This document shows, one piece after another, positions 36,361 through 44,401 of a DNA stretch of 51,150 nucleotides. Below the pieces are notes generated by a model, which saw nothing but the letters and a program-made list of their open reading frames with translations, searched no databases and was not told the DNA's origin. The first letter of the stretch is position 1; the number at the start of each line of letters is the position of its first letter. The stretch is from sequence record PX930853.1. One strand, given 5' to 3'. Made by a program: the position numbers and the translations under genes. Source of the stretch: a phage.

Positions 36361-36626
36361 TGGCGGTGATTACCGAAAATGATTTGGATCTGGCGGAGGC
36401 ATTTTGCAGGGCCGCCAGGGCTAACCTGGATGTGGCTACTAAATTTCTTCCGGCGCGACCACTCTTTTCGTGTGCGCCCGTGAATAAACCGACTCGCGTA
36501 ATGATCGTGATTGAAGGTGATGGCCTGTACGCTGAAAAGACGTTCCACATCAGCAACATTAAGGGCCGTGCTGATTTTATCAATGATGTTTGCTTATTGC
36601 AGGAGAAGAAAAAATGTTGGATGTGA
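36360..36626 (+). CDS. hypothetical early protein, paralog pair member 1
   Basis: C-terminal GRADFINDVCLLQEKKK similar to GAQSNFINEVCDLYGRI of next gene. Confidence 0.45.
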   Translation: MAVITENDLDLAEAFCRAARANLDVATKFLPARPLFSCAPVNKPTRVMIVIEGDGLYAEKTFHISNIKGRADFINDVCLLQEKKKCWM

Positions 36627-36823
36627 TCAACAAAGCCCGTGAGATGGGTATGGATGTTTCAATCAGTGATGCGCAACGCTATAACCGCTCAATGCCTGAA
36701 AACATGGTTGTAGTCATCGTGCATAATCATAAGTTTGAATGCCGCGCAATTCTTGAGCGTGACAACAAAGGGGCGCAAAGCAATTTTATCAACGAAGTCT
36801 GTGATCTGTATGGGCGTATCTGA
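36614..36823 (+). CDS. hypothetical early protein, paralog pair member 2
   Basis: GGAGAAG RBS before ATG 36614. Confidence 0.45.
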   Translation: MLDVINKAREMGMDVSISDAQRYNRSMPENMVVVIVHNHKFECRAILERDNKGAQSNFINEVCDLYGRI

Positions 36824-36824
36824 A

Positions 36825-37037
36825 ATGTTCAAGAAATTGTTATGGCTGTACCGCTCCAGGCGCAACAAGGGATATTGCAGGGGCACGGAAAGGAATCTTG
36901 ACCGCGCTTATAAATACTGCCTGTTATTGCTCGCCAGGATGCCGGAAAACAGGAAGGAATATATTGCACTGCGGGAAATAACAATGCGGATATATAGTTA
37001 CCGCAATAAACTATACGTCTTTAAATCTTTACGATAA
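36825..37037 (+). CDS. hypothetical basic protein (start uncertain)
   Basis: ORF track 36735..37037 trimmed to first ATG after upstream stop; weak RBS. Confidence 0.3.
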   Translation: MFKKLLWLYRSRRNKGYCRGTERNLDRAYKYCLLLLARMPENRKEYIALREITMRIYSYRNKLYVFKSLR

Positions 37038-37049
37038 GGAGTAATAACC

Positions 37050-37313
37050 ATGAAAATTAATGCACCTATTCCAGTTAAGCGCAAAGCACGTTTGCTAAAC
37101 AACGGATGTTACGCCATGCGGCCCGCATTTAAGGATCGCACATTTCCGGTTATCGTTAACGTGTCTCATGTAAGCCGTAGCGGAAACCTGGTATTCGTTA
37201 AAGGTGAAGATCTGACGGCGCTTGGATTCTATGGCGGTGTTCACGGCGAACCGCTCGGATTCTGGCTTGTGGATCCGCTAACTGGAGAGCGTGAAATCGA
37301 ATTCCTGGACTAA
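37050..37313 (+). CDS. hypothetical early protein (87 aa)
   Basis: AAGGAG RBS. Confidence 0.5.
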   Translation: MKINAPIPVKRKARLLNNGCYAMRPAFKDRTFPVIVNVSHVSRSGNLVFVKGEDLTALGFYGGVHGEPLGFWLVDPLTGEREIEFLD

Positions 37314-37333
37314 ATAGCACTTTTTGTTAAAAA
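37313..37333 (+). promoter_or_regulatory. conserved intergenic box
   Basis: AATAGCACTTTTTGTTAAAAC overlapping upstream TAA stop; ~55 bp before ATG 37389. Confidence 0.4.
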
Positions 37334-37388
37334 CGATGTGCGCCTGAATGGTATATTACACCCATCGACAACAAGCGAGGATTTAAAG

Positions 37389-37586
37389 ATGGAAAATCAG
37401 GTTGATGTTAAAGTTGTTAAGCGCGACAAGTCTCACGAAAAAGGTTTGTTTAAGAAAGGCGCTGAAATCACCATTGACCTTGATGATATGGAGGCGTACC
37501 ACTCAGGGCTAACTTGGAACGTGCGCAAATGTGAAAACGGCCTGTTCAAGTTAAATGGCTTTGAAACATACATGGAGATCATTTAA
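37389..37586 (+). CDS. hypothetical early protein (65 aa)
   Basis: GAGGA RBS then ATG 37389 (track ORF begins at upstream GTG). Confidence 0.5.
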   Translation: MENQVDVKVVKRDKSHEKGLFKKGAEITIDLDDMEAYHSGLTWNVRKCENGLFKLNGFETYMEII

Positions 37587-37840
37587 TGGCATACGAAAAG
37601 AATGATTTCAATAGCGCAAGAGAAAAAATCAAGGCGGCGCGAATTAAACAGCGCGCCTTTAGATTCTGGCTTGACTATCGCGATCTAAGAAAAGAGATGG
37701 ATACGCTTATTAAGAACGGTAGCGCATTCTGCTCTAATAGAACGGTTTGGCGAAATATGAATCGCAGTACGGCCAGGGTAAAATTCGTGTATTTGGCGGC
37801 GCTGTTGATGCTTATGTATTTAGCGCAACAAATGCTGTAA
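37586..37840 (+). CDS. hypothetical early protein (84 aa), hydrophobic C-terminus
   Basis: ORF track; TAATG stop-start overlap. Confidence 0.45.
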   Translation: MAYEKNDFNSAREKIKAARIKQRAFRFWLDYRDLRKEMDTLIKNGSAFCSNRTVWRNMNRSTARVKFVYLAALLMLMYLAQQML

Positions 37841-37865
37841 GTTTTAACGTAACTGGGATCGCATA

Positions 37866-38078
37866 ATGGCAAAGCAATTAAAACTTAAATGCGTAGAAAC
37901 TTATAACTCAATTTGGAAATTTACGCGCGGAAAAGAATATCCACTAATGGGAAATCTCAAAGAAGATCCTCATGTAATTTCAGATAATGGTCTTCACCTT
38001 TATTTAATGGAATACAACGATGGGTATATTGGCGCTGGTGTTCCAGGTCATAAATTTAAGCTGAAAAATAAGAAATGA
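37866..38078 (+). CDS. hypothetical early protein (70 aa)
   Basis: ORF track. Confidence 0.45.
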   Translation: MAKQLKLKCVETYNSIWKFTRGKEYPLMGNLKEDPHVISDNGLHLYLMEYNDGYIGAGVPGHKFKLKNKK

Positions 38079-38186
38079 GGCTATTTATTTTCAAAAACGC
38101 TTGGATGGTGGCGGTTGCAAATGACCATTACGGCGGCGACGGAAAAAGAGCGCCACGTCATTCATATTTCAATTGAGGATATTTAA

Positions 38187-38414
38187 ATGAAAGCAAAAGT
38201 TTTAAACATTATGGCAACTATTGACGCTCATCACCGCGTGGCTGTAAAACTTGATAAGTCATGCGGAATTAGCCAAATCACTATCACAGAGGGCAAAGGC
38301 GGCTATCTTATTGGTATCCATCCAGGCGGTAAGGTGCGCAAATACAATAAAGATCAGGTAAAAGAATTACTGGAAGAAAACGCTTTCTATATTCAAAGTT
38401 GGCGCGCTCTTTAA
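38187..38414 (+). CDS. hypothetical early protein (75 aa)
   Basis: GAGGA RBS. Confidence 0.5.
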   Translation: MKAKVLNIMATIDAHHRVAVKLDKSCGISQITITEGKGGYLIGIHPGGKVRKYNKDQVKELLEENAFYIQSWRAL

Positions 38415-38421
38415 TTAATCT

Positions 38422-38447
38422 GGCGGCGTTTTGCCGCCTTTTAAATG
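38422..38447 (+). terminator. putative rho-independent terminator
   Basis: GGCGGCG-TTTT-GCCGCC stem followed by TTTTAAA. Confidence 0.5.
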
Positions 38448-38456
38448 AGGTGAAAA

Positions 38457-38573
38457 ATGATAGATAAAGCTATTGATTTCTTTTTTTATTCGATTATTGG
38501 CGCGGTTGGATTTTTGGTTACTGCTGCTGGCCTGGCTATTATCTTGGCTGTTATTAAGGGAGTTATGCGATGA
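38457..38573 (+). CDS. small membrane peptide (38 aa), not in ORF track
   Basis: GAGGTGAAAA RBS; MIDKAIDFFFYSIIGAVGFLVTAAGLAIILAVIKGVMR; ATGA overlap with next gene. Confidence 0.3.
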   Translation: MIDKAIDFFFYSIIGAVGFLVTAAGLAIILAVIKGVMR

Positions 38574-38794
38574 GTCAGGACGGTTTTTTTGAGCGCCTTC
38601 AAATGGCAGAAGATGCCGGACTAAATAAAGAGGCGGCGCTTGAAGTGGCATATAAAATTAAGACTCTTGATGAGGCTTTAGGTGATATGGATATGGATCT
38701 TGAATCAAGCGCAATATTTGCAGATCCAAATATGATTGTTAATGATTGTGGATGCGATTTCGATCCTAGTTGTCCGCGCTGTTTTCCGTTTTGA
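38570..38794 (+). CDS. hypothetical acidic protein with C-terminal Cys cluster
   Basis: ORF track; CGCDFDPSCPRC motif. Confidence 0.45.
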   Translation: MSQDGFFERLQMAEDAGLNKEAALEVAYKIKTLDEALGDMDMDLESSAIFADPNMIVNDCGCDFDPSCPRCFPF

Positions 38795-38802
38795 GGTAAT
38801 GA

Positions 38803-39330
38803 ATGAATTGGCACGATTACTTTACATACAATCCAGAAACTGGAAAGCTGTTCTGGAAAGAAAGAAAAGATATTCACCCATCAAGAGTTAAACAATGGAA
38901 TGCTTGCAATGCTGGTAATGAGGTTGGCTCTTTTGGTAGTGGTGGCAGATATTTAGAAACTGCACTTACTGTAAACGGAAAACGTTATAACCTGAAAGTT
39001 CATAGAATATGCTATGAAATGCACTATGGGCCTATACCGGAAGGAAAGGAGGTTGATCACGTAAATCACATCACGACTGATAACAGAGCAATAAACTTTG
39101 AGTTAAAAGATCACAAAGGAAATATGCGAAACACATCAAAGCAGAAAAACAATACAAGTGGCATACCAGGTGTGCATAAAAATAAACATGGCAAATGGGT
39201 TGTAAGGGTTGGAGGCGGAAAGCGAGGAAGTAGGATTTATATAGGTTGTTTTTCCAGTTTTGGAGATGCTGTTGCCGCAAAACGTAAAGCCGAGAATGAA
39301 TTGGGGTATCATAAAAATCATGGGAAATAA
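38803..39330 (+). CDS. HNH homing endonuclease with AP2-like DNA-binding domain
   Basis: YNPETGKLFW...VDHVNHITTDNRAINFEL HNH signature; C-terminal GIPGVHKNKHGKWVVRV AP2-like segment. Confidence 0.65.
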   Translation: MNWHDYFTYNPETGKLFWKERKDIHPSRVKQWNACNAGNEVGSFGSGGRYLETALTVNGKRYNLKVHRICYEMHYGPIPEGKEVDHVNHITTDNRAINFELKDHKGNMRNTSKQKNNTSGIPGVHKNKHGKWVVRVGGGKRGSRIYIGCFSSFGDAVAAKRKAENELGYHKNHGK

Positions 39331-40006
39331 AGTTGCTTACTCAATGTTTGATGGATCTGGAATCATGCTGCTTGAATATGCGAAGGCTGGCTATCAATGC
39401 TATTGCTTTAACGCTGATGAAGGCAATCACGGCGAATATTTCATCAAGATGAAACATGAAAATCTGCATTATGTGAATATGTGGATTGATGAAAATTTCA
39501 TTGAAAGAATCAGTAAGATTGGTATTCCAAAACCAGATATTGTATTTGGATTTCCAGACTGCACCATGTTTGCCCAATCAGGAATCAAGCACGTGCGAAG
39601 CGATGATGATATTCAGGTTGCGCTCAAAAATGCAATCATGGTTGAAACTGTCGGGAATCATTTCGGTGTCCCCTGGATGGCTGAGAATCCTGTAGGCCGA
39701 CTATCAACGCTATGGCGAAAGCCTGATTTTTATTTCAATCCTCGCGATTTTGGTAACTACCTGGACGAATCCGATGGATCTTTTCACCCCAAGATGCCGC
39801 TAAAGGATGGCTACACAAAAAGGACTGCTATCTGGTGCGGCAACGGATTTACAGAACCCGAACGCAAGCCGTTATCCAATGATGATGGCGTAATGTTCTT
39901 TTGGGGTTGGAAGTTTTTAGGCGGTAAGTCTGCCAGAACAAAGCAACTACGCTCCCTCACTCCGCGCGGCTTTGCTCGCGCCGTCTTTGAGTCAAACTCA
40001 AAATAG
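39320..40006 (+). CDS. putative SAM-dependent DNA methyltransferase (C5-cytosine-like motifs, atypical)
   Basis: FDGSG (motif I-like), FGFPDC (PC-like motif IV with inserted Asp), AENPVG (ENV-like); start overlaps 3' end of HNH gene. Confidence 0.4.
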   Translation: MGNKVAYSMFDGSGIMLLEYAKAGYQCYCFNADEGNHGEYFIKMKHENLHYVNMWIDENFIERISKIGIPKPDIVFGFPDCTMFAQSGIKHVRSDDDIQVALKNAIMVETVGNHFGVPWMAENPVGRLSTLWRKPDFYFNPRDFGNYLDESDGSFHPKMPLKDGYTKRTAIWCGNGFTEPERKPLSNDDGVMFFWGWKFLGGKSARTKQLRSLTPRGFARAVFESNSK

Positions 40007-40022
40007 CACTTTTTGTTAAAAG
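40002..40022 (+). promoter_or_regulatory. conserved intergenic box
   Basis: AATAGCACTTTTTGTTAAAAG then CCAGGT-GTAAAAA-ACCTGG dyad then CATAAT; ~50 bp before ATG 40076. Confidence 0.4.
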
Positions 40023-40075
40023 CCAGGTGTAAAAACCTGGCATAATCACATCGAACAAACAAAGGAGATCTGATC

Positions 40076-40462
40076 ATGAATGTTATCTGTAATGAAACCA
40101 ACGTATTGATGAAAGGCCGTTTTAAAACTGTTTATCAGAAGATTGCAGGAAGTGATGATGTGATCGAGGTGGAAGAGTTCCAGGTTAAGACGCTTGTTAA
40201 GGGTGGCCGCTGGCTTCCAGCAAACCGAGATGATTACCGCGCCATTAACACAAAAACCGTTCTTTGCACGTTTGTAGATCATAACATGCCGTGCAAAAAG
40301 CACTTTAAGCAGGGCAAGCGATACCAGATCGAGAAAGGGCGACCGCTTGGAAGCGTTGCGGGTTATGTTTTTGATGAGTGCGGCGACCGCTGGAACCTGT
40401 ACCGTGAAGAGGTCGGATTCTCTGCTGGCGGCTGTTATCTGTTTGAGGGCAAATATCTGTGA
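40076..40462 (+). CDS. hypothetical early protein (128 aa)
   Basis: AAAGGAG RBS. Confidence 0.5.
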   Translation: MNVICNETNVLMKGRFKTVYQKIAGSDDVIEVEEFQVKTLVKGGRWLPANRDDYRAINTKTVLCTFVDHNMPCKKHFKQGKRYQIEKGRPLGSVAGYVFDECGDRWNLYREEVGFSAGGCYLFEGKYL

Positions 40463-40680
40463 TAAACAGTGAAAACCGTTACAAAGTAACGCATTCTACC
40501 ACAAAGACTTTCAAGCCTGGCGATATAGTCAGGCCCATCAAAAAAACGGCGGTAGGTTGGCTGATTGGTTTTTCATATCATAAGGCGCTTTACTTTACGT
40601 TTAAGGATGGGATTACAGGAGAATGCTACAGCGACCGCCAGCCTGATCGACTTCTGGTTGCAATAGAGCGGATCAAATAG
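40459..40680 (+). CDS. hypothetical early protein (73 aa)
   Basis: ORF track; overlapping stop-start. Confidence 0.45.
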   Translation: MINSENRYKVTHSTTKTFKPGDIVRPIKKTAVGWLIGFSYHKALYFTFKDGITGECYSDRQPDRLLVAIERIK

Positions 40681-40696
40681 CACTTTTTGACAAAAC
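40676..40696 (+). promoter_or_regulatory. conserved intergenic box (TTGACA variant)
   Basis: AATAGCACTTTTTGACAAAAC then GGGCCGT...ACGGCCC dyad containing TAAAAT. Confidence 0.4.
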
Positions 40697-40748
40697 GGGG
40701 TAGTATTGGGCCGTTAAAATTTACGGCCCACAAAGGAGAAGCTAACGA

Positions 40749-42329
40749 ATGTTTTCATTAGAAACGAACAAATTAACTCCACAGCAAATAATCGCTATGG
40801 CTGAAAGCCAGAACCTTTCACCAGTTCGCGTATCAATTCAGGCTAACGGCTATCGCCAGTCGTCCAGCTTTTGGGGCGACGTGAAGGATGTAAATAGCGG
40901 TCACGATCGCTACCCCGTAATTTCTCTTGGTAATGATATTGATGTTGTCGGAAAGTTATCACGCAGTATTGCGCGATCCGTTCAATTCCCTGAATCATCG
41001 GCTTACATGCACTTTATCGGCTGCATTTCTGCCGCCATGCTTGGACGCTTTACGGTTGACTATCACGGGACCGATCAGCCGACTGCGATTTACGTCGTTA
41101 CAAGCCAGCCGCCGTCAACTGGTAAATCTGCGATCAACAGTATGGCTATTGCTCCGATGATTGCGGAAGTTGAGAAGATCAACGAGCAACGCCGCAAGGA
41201 AAGAAAGAAAATACAGGCAAAGTTGGCAGGTCTTGCAAAGGAGATGAAAAGCGAAAGATCAGGCGCTGATATGGAATCTCTATACCAGGAAAAAGAGGAT
41301 CTGGAAGAGAAGCTGGAAAAGATGTGTGATATAACTTTCCCTGTTTCAGATACAACTCCAGAAGGCTTGGCAAAAATCAACAACAAGCAAGGTAACTTTG
41401 CCGTAATATCTGACGAAGCAACAAGTATTAACAGTCTGTTAGGCTTGACCTATGCCAATAGCGAAAGGAAGACTAACAGTGAGCTAGTGCTTAAGGCGTG
41501 GGATAATGGTCACGTATCAATTGCCCGTGCTAATGCTGACAATAACATGAGTTTTCGCGCACTTGGATGTATGAGCGTTATAGCCCAGGATGAAACGATA
41601 AGCGGAATCATGGACGCTGGATCGCGCGGTATCGGTGTGAGTGAGCGCTTTTTGTTGGTCCGTGAGGAATCATTCTTAGGCCGTCGCTCATTCATTGATG
41701 AAAATGGTGATTCTACCTATGAGGCGGTGGATCCTGAATTGAAGGCCCAATATTATCAATTGGTGCATAACATCATGAGCGAATCAAATATATCGCTGAA
41801 AATAAGCCGTTCAGCTATGCGAGTGCTCAACATTGCTCGCCAGGATATGGAACCGCATCTTGCAGACGGCGGAAAGTATTCTCATACAATGTTACGCGGT
41901 GCGCTGGGTAAAATGGATAAACAGGTGATCAGGCTTGCTTCCGTCCTGCATGTTATCCGCAACTGGTTTAATCCTGCTGGATACCCGCAGAAGTCGAAAG
42001 AGATCGACGTGGAAACAATGCAAGAGGCGCTGATCATGTTTCAGGAATTGAGCAAAACATACATTAGCGCCGCCAATGCTTCTGGTTATGCTGGTGATGA
42101 TGCTGAAATGGGCAAATTGATTGAATTGATCACTAGACACGGCAAGGCTAATAAAGGGATTCTGAATATTCGCGCCCTGTACGAATCAGCGAGAAAGGTA
42201 AAACCTTTCGTTGGTCAGGCTGGCGTAATGAAGAGGATAGAAGGGCACTTGCTGCCAATGCTGGAAGAAAGAAATTATGTTTGTGTGATTAATGGTGTTA
42301 TTTTTGTCAATCCAATACTGCTGGGATGA
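40749..42329 (+). CDS. large early protein with P-loop NTPase-like motifs, function unknown
   Basis: 526 aa; Walker A-like PPSTGKSA, Walker B-like FAVISDEAT, central charged coiled coil; AAAGGAG RBS. Confidence 0.55.
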   Translation: MFSLETNKLTPQQIIAMAESQNLSPVRVSIQANGYRQSSSFWGDVKDVNSGHDRYPVISLGNDIDVVGKLSRSIARSVQFPESSAYMHFIGCISAAMLGRFTVDYHGTDQPTAIYVVTSQPPSTGKSAINSMAIAPMIAEVEKINEQRRKERKKIQAKLAGLAKEMKSERSGADMESLYQEKEDLEEKLEKMCDITFPVSDTTPEGLAKINNKQGNFAVISDEATSINSLLGLTYANSERKTNSELVLKAWDNGHVSIARANADNNMSFRALGCMSVIAQDETISGIMDAGSRGIGVSERFLLVREESFLGRRSFIDENGDSTYEAVDPELKAQYYQLVHNIMSESNISLKISRSAMRVLNIARQDMEPHLADGGKYSHTMLRGALGKMDKQVIRLASVLHVIRNWFNPAGYPQKSKEIDVETMQEALIMFQELSKTYISAANASGYAGDDAEMGKLIELITRHGKANKGILNIRALYESARKVKPFVGQAGVMKRIEGHLLPMLEERNYVCVINGVIFVNPILLG

Positions 42330-42721
42330 TTATGTTTTTGCTTGATCTGTATAAATGGTGTGAGTCATACGACTGGTTTAACAGGCAGCACATAGCCAAA
42401 TTTATCTATCAGCATAGAGAATGTGAGCGGCTCGCACGGGCCGCCGGACTTACGCCGCGAATGTTCGCCAGCCTTGCATCTAAGGAATTTTGCGCAAGAA
42501 TGATGACGGCTGGCTATATAGATGGGGTCTGCGGTAAATACTGGTCCAAAGGATCGTCAAAGCGGCCTTTCGGATTCGAATTGTATAGCCTGGATGGTAT
42601 GCGCAACGACTGGATCAGGGATATGGCGAGAATAGGGGAGATGGGCGATGATGAATTGTTCCAGGCAAAATCTAATAGACAAGATCTTGAAGCACTGCGC
42701 CGTAAATTCAATATCACATGA
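42326..42721 (+). CDS. hypothetical protein translationally coupled to P-loop protein
   Basis: ATGA start/stop overlap with 40749..42329. Confidence 0.5.
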   Translation: MIMFLLDLYKWCESYDWFNRQHIAKFIYQHRECERLARAAGLTPRMFASLASKEFCARMMTAGYIDGVCGKYWSKGSSKRPFGFELYSLDGMRNDWIRDMARIGEMGDDELFQAKSNRQDLEALRRKFNIT

Positions 42722-42837
42722 GGATTTTATTCATGCTTTACTTACGCTACTTTATTCAGATATGCGCGCTTTTAGCACCACTGAACATGTTTTATGCAAT
42801 GATGATGGTGTATTACTGGTTACGGTAAAGCGTATGG

Positions 42838-42858
42838 AATAGCATTTTTTGTTAAAAC
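42838..42858 (+). promoter_or_regulatory. conserved intergenic box
   Basis: AATAGCATTTTTTGTTAAAAC then CCCGGC...GTCGGG dyad then TATATT. Confidence 0.4.
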
Positions 42859-42918
42859 GCCCGGCATAGTGTCGGGTATATTTGTTTCATCGAAACGAAA
42901 CAACCAAAAGGTAAAATT

Positions 42919-43143
42919 ATGTCCAGCAAGTTTTTAGTAGTTCGCGTATATAATCATGACAACGGATCTTCTGCTGAAATCCCGACAATTTATGACAGGG
43001 ATTTTGGATGGAGTGAGCAATCGGCTGTTGAAAATGAGCGCAAGATTGCAGAACTGTACGGCGACACTTGCAGCATTGAAGTAAGGCAGTACGACGAATC
43101 GAACAAGCCAACAAACGAAACTCATATGTGGCCCGACGCATAA
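42919..43143 (+). CDS. hypothetical early protein (74 aa), last gene of rightward early cluster
   Basis: ORF track; followed by strong bidirectional terminator. Confidence 0.5.
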   Translation: MSSKFLVVRVYNHDNGSSAEIPTIYDRDFGWSEQSAVENERKIAELYGDTCSIEVRQYDESNKPTNETHMWPDA

Positions 43144-43177
43144 AAATAAAGGAGGCATTAAGCCTCCTTTTTCTTTT
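43142..43177. terminator. bidirectional rho-independent terminator between early-right and lysis clusters
   Basis: GGAGGC-ATTAA-GCCTCC stem with A-run upstream and T-run downstream. Confidence 0.6.
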
Positions 43178-43553
43178 CCCTCCAGTAAAGACAAATCAGC
43201 ACAATGAACACAACCACGCATATGATTATTGGATCGTACCATCTGCCGTTATTACCCTGCACGACCTGAATTTTGTCTGCCTTGATGGTATTGGCCTGAA
43301 TGGTTGATGTTGTGAAATCCTTCTTGCTGGACGTGTCCACCTTGTCAACCGCAGATTCCTTTATTGTGGTTTCCTGTTTTGTGCTGGCGTCCTGCTTTGC
43401 TGTAATGCCAACTGTCTGCTTCACGTTCTCCGCGCCAGCCTGTGCTGTTATTTCCGGCTTACTGCCGATTAATCCGGTCAGTGGCGTAACGCTTGAACAT
43501 CCAGACAAGATCACCGCCATTGCGATTGGTGTAAATAAAAATTTCTTCATCAT
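43158..43553 (-). CDS. unimolecular spanin (u-spanin): N-terminal lipoprotein signal plus C-terminal transmembrane helix
   Basis: [19 protein letters not shown] lipobox and C-terminal [16 protein letters not shown] followed by basic tail; directly after endolysin. Confidence 0.7.
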   Translation of the reverse strand: MMKKFLFTPIAMAVILSGCSSVTPLTGLIGSKPEITAQAGAENVKQTVGITAKQDASTKQETTIKESAVDKVDTSSKKDFTTSTIQANTIKADKIQVVQGNNGRWYDPIIICVVVFIVLICLYWREKKKEA

Positions 43554-44041
43554 TTCAGATCCATTGTGCAATATTTGTATTCGACCTTGCGCCTGTTAAG
43601 TAAGCCTTTAGACTTCTCGCGCTTTCCTGTTTTGGGGTTATGGTAATACGTCCAACGATAAAGCTGATCGCAAGCCTCGTTTAATTTCCCCTGGTTGATG
43701 AGTTTCAGCATTGTTGAATTTCTGAAAGCTCCCACACCTGCATTGTAAGTGAATGAGTACATTGCTGCACGCATACTATCAGGAATGTCAACCTTAACTT
43801 GCTTGTCAACTTCCTTTTTAGCAACCTGGATATGCTTAGCCAACAAAGCATCACACTCTTTTTTAGTGTACGTTTTCCCCAGGATAACATCTGGTCCGGT
43901 GATTCCTGCGCAAACCGTCCATACTCCCGCAATATCTTTGTATGGCTTGTATCTTACCCCTTCGATCTCTTCAAGAAGTGGAGAAGTCAAGGCAACCGCA
44001 ACGCCAAAGGCCGCAGCCGCTACCTTGTTCTTTATGCTCAT
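43550..44041 (-). CDS. endolysin, lysozyme-like (T4/lambda R-type fold) with N-terminal signal-anchor-release-like segment
   Basis: E-x8-D-x5-T catalytic-type spacing ([22 protein letters not shown]); weakly hydrophobic Ala/Gly-rich N-terminus [17 protein letters not shown]. Confidence 0.8.
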   Translation of the reverse strand: MSIKNKVAAAAFGVAVALTSPLLEEIEGVRYKPYKDIAGVWTVCAGITGPDVILGKTYTKKECDALLAKHIQVAKKEVDKQVKVDIPDSMRAAMYSFTYNAGVGAFRNSTMLKLINQGKLNEACDQLYRWTYYHNPKTGKREKSKGLLNRRKVEYKYCTMDLK

Positions 44042-44262
44042 TACTTGCCCCTGATCTCAATAGCTTTTTGAATATCACCTTTTTCGATCGCCTCGTGGAA
44101 TTTTTTACTATCACGCCAGCGAAGGTAAGCGCCCCATGCACCGAATGCAGCCATTAAAACAAAGCTGGCAATAGCAATGGTTAACTGCCCTGTAGCGGCG
44201 CTTGCGATAGATGAACCGCCAGATCCGGCGGTAGCTGCGTTAATAAAATCTTTCATTTTCAT
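44041..44262 (-). CDS. holin (pinholin-like, two predicted TM segments)
   Basis: 73 aa; Gly/Ala-rich first hydrophobic segment, second [23 protein letters not shown], charged C-terminus; GGAGA RBS. Confidence 0.65.
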   Translation of the reverse strand: MKMKDFINAATAGSGGSSIASAATGQLTIAIASFVLMAAFGAWGAYLRWRDSKKFHEAIEKGDIQKAIEIRGK

Positions 44263-44401
44263 TCTCCATATTAATTAAAGTCAATATATTGACCGCATGA
44301 TAAACGCACATGGTAAAAAATTAAACAAAAAAAAGAGGCGACAAACGCCGCCCCTTTGCAAGTTTTTGATTTAATTTGTCATTGATTTAAATAAAAATTC
44401 A

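Noticed and set aside
42648-42842. 64-aa ORF overlapping the 3' end of 42326..42721
   Set aside because: Overlaps the preceding gene by 74 nt in a different frame and lacks an RBS; only a short distal piece could be real, so not annotated.
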